From a virus (Duplodnaviria > Heunggongvirae > Uroviricota > Caudoviricetes): 64,000 nt of DNA. The DNA lies in IMG/VR virus record IMGVR_UViG_3300027260_000002; one strand, written 5' to 3'. Below the pieces are notes generated by a model, which saw nothing but the letters and a program-made list of their open reading frames with translations, was not told the DNA's origin and searched no databases. This document shows, in pieces, positions 63,489 to 64,000 of this stretch. The first letter of the stretch is position 1. Each line of letters opens with the position of its first letter. A program made the translations under genes and the position numbers.

Positions 63489-64000
63489 TTATACCTTACT
63501 TTGTTGTAATCCAAGCCCCATGCGCGTAAGATAATAATCGATAGATGACATATCAGAAGCAGTCGGAGCATTTTGAATAAAGTCTGTACTGCCACTCTTA
63601 CTAATATTCGGTGGATCTTTAATCATTGGACCAGTCTCGATGGCAGGAGTATTTACTTCTGCCATTTTTGCATTCTTGCTTACTGCTGCTATAGCTATTT
63701 CACCTGCAGTGTTAGGAGCAGTTTGCATCAATGATTCAGTGATGCTACGACTTGCCATCGGTCCAAGACCAGCACTAATTACAGATCCAAGAGCTTCAAT
63801 TGCTCCAGCTCCTAGATTCCACAATTGAGAAGTGGCGTTTTGAGCCATTCCCATAAGATTGTCTCCAGTTCCACTTCCATCGTCGGCGCCATATCCAGTT
63901 CTATTTGCTCCCGACAAAAAGTTTGCCGGCTCTTGCATCTGGCGACCTTTCCAAATTTCAAAGTGTAAGTGAGGAGGGGTGCCTTTAGCATTTCCTGTAT
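63489..64000 (-). CDS. M23-family peptidase-domain protein (partial; N-terminus beyond window end)
   Basis: The minus-strand frame stays open to the window edge. Translation of 63939-64000 gives ...TGNAKGTPPHLHFEIWKGRQ, the M23/LytM G.TG.S.GPHLHFE signature. Gly/Ala/Ser-rich C-terminal tail. Confidence 0.55.
   Translation of the reverse strand, partial: TGNAKGTPPHLHFEIWKGRQMQEPANFLSGANRTGYGADDGSGTGDNLMGMAQNATSQLWNLGAGAIEALGSVISAGLGPMASRSITESLMQTAPNTAGEIAIAAVSKNAKMAEVNTPAIETGPMIKDPPNISKSGSTDFIQNAPTASDMSSIDYYLTRMGLGLQQSKV

Overview
The window reads as a contiguous segment of a large lytic T4-superfamily myovirus-type phage genome. Almost every gene is on the + strand, with frequent ATGA/TAATG start-stop coupling. 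A recognisable T4-like replication, recombination and nucleotide-metabolism core is present: gp43 family-B DNA polymerase, UvsX, gp41 helicase, gp61 primase, gp59, gp32, DsbA, RNase H, NrdA/NrdB, ThyX, dCMP deaminase, glutaredoxin, PhoH, Hsp20 and SpeD. Dense accessory modules are interleaved with this core. (i) 843-5439 holds a curli-type functional-amyloid secretion locus: CsgF-like, CsgG-like, two curlin-repeat proteins and a FecR-like secreted protein. It is followed by a sulfotransferase, a CHASE2-sensor class III nucleotide cyclase and a PhyH-like oxygenase. (ii) 60395-60900 holds a circularly permuted (two-piece, alphaproteobacterial-type) tmRNA gene with an intact tag reading frame (ANDNDSFADIRLAA*), a G3:U70 acceptor stem and an encoded CCA. 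(iii) 48650-52222 holds a heptose/glycan module (GmhA, HddA-like kinase, HAD phosphatase, glycosyltransferase, methyltransferase). (iv) 22312-23421 is a phage-borne beta-ketoacyl-ACP synthase. (v) 29142-36503 holds three paralogous Lys-rich repeat proteins, next to a Dps ferritin-like protein. (vi) 36505-38622 is a lysis region with an embedded Rz/Rz1 spanin pair, holin candidates and an EF-hand protein. (vii) The endolysin at 11217-12401 on the minus strand has three domains (M15 peptidase, PG-binding, GH19), and the window also carries SleB-like and M23 peptidoglycan hydrolases. (viii) A conserved intergenic promoter cassette (A-rich, CATGTACA, N16-17, TAnnnT, often followed by GGACCTATAAT and GAAGGA) recurs at least 11 times, frequently just after rho-independent terminators and before micro-ORFs. 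The permuted tmRNA, SleB-type hydrolase and ANDN...LAA tag point to an alphaproteobacterial host, but this is inference.
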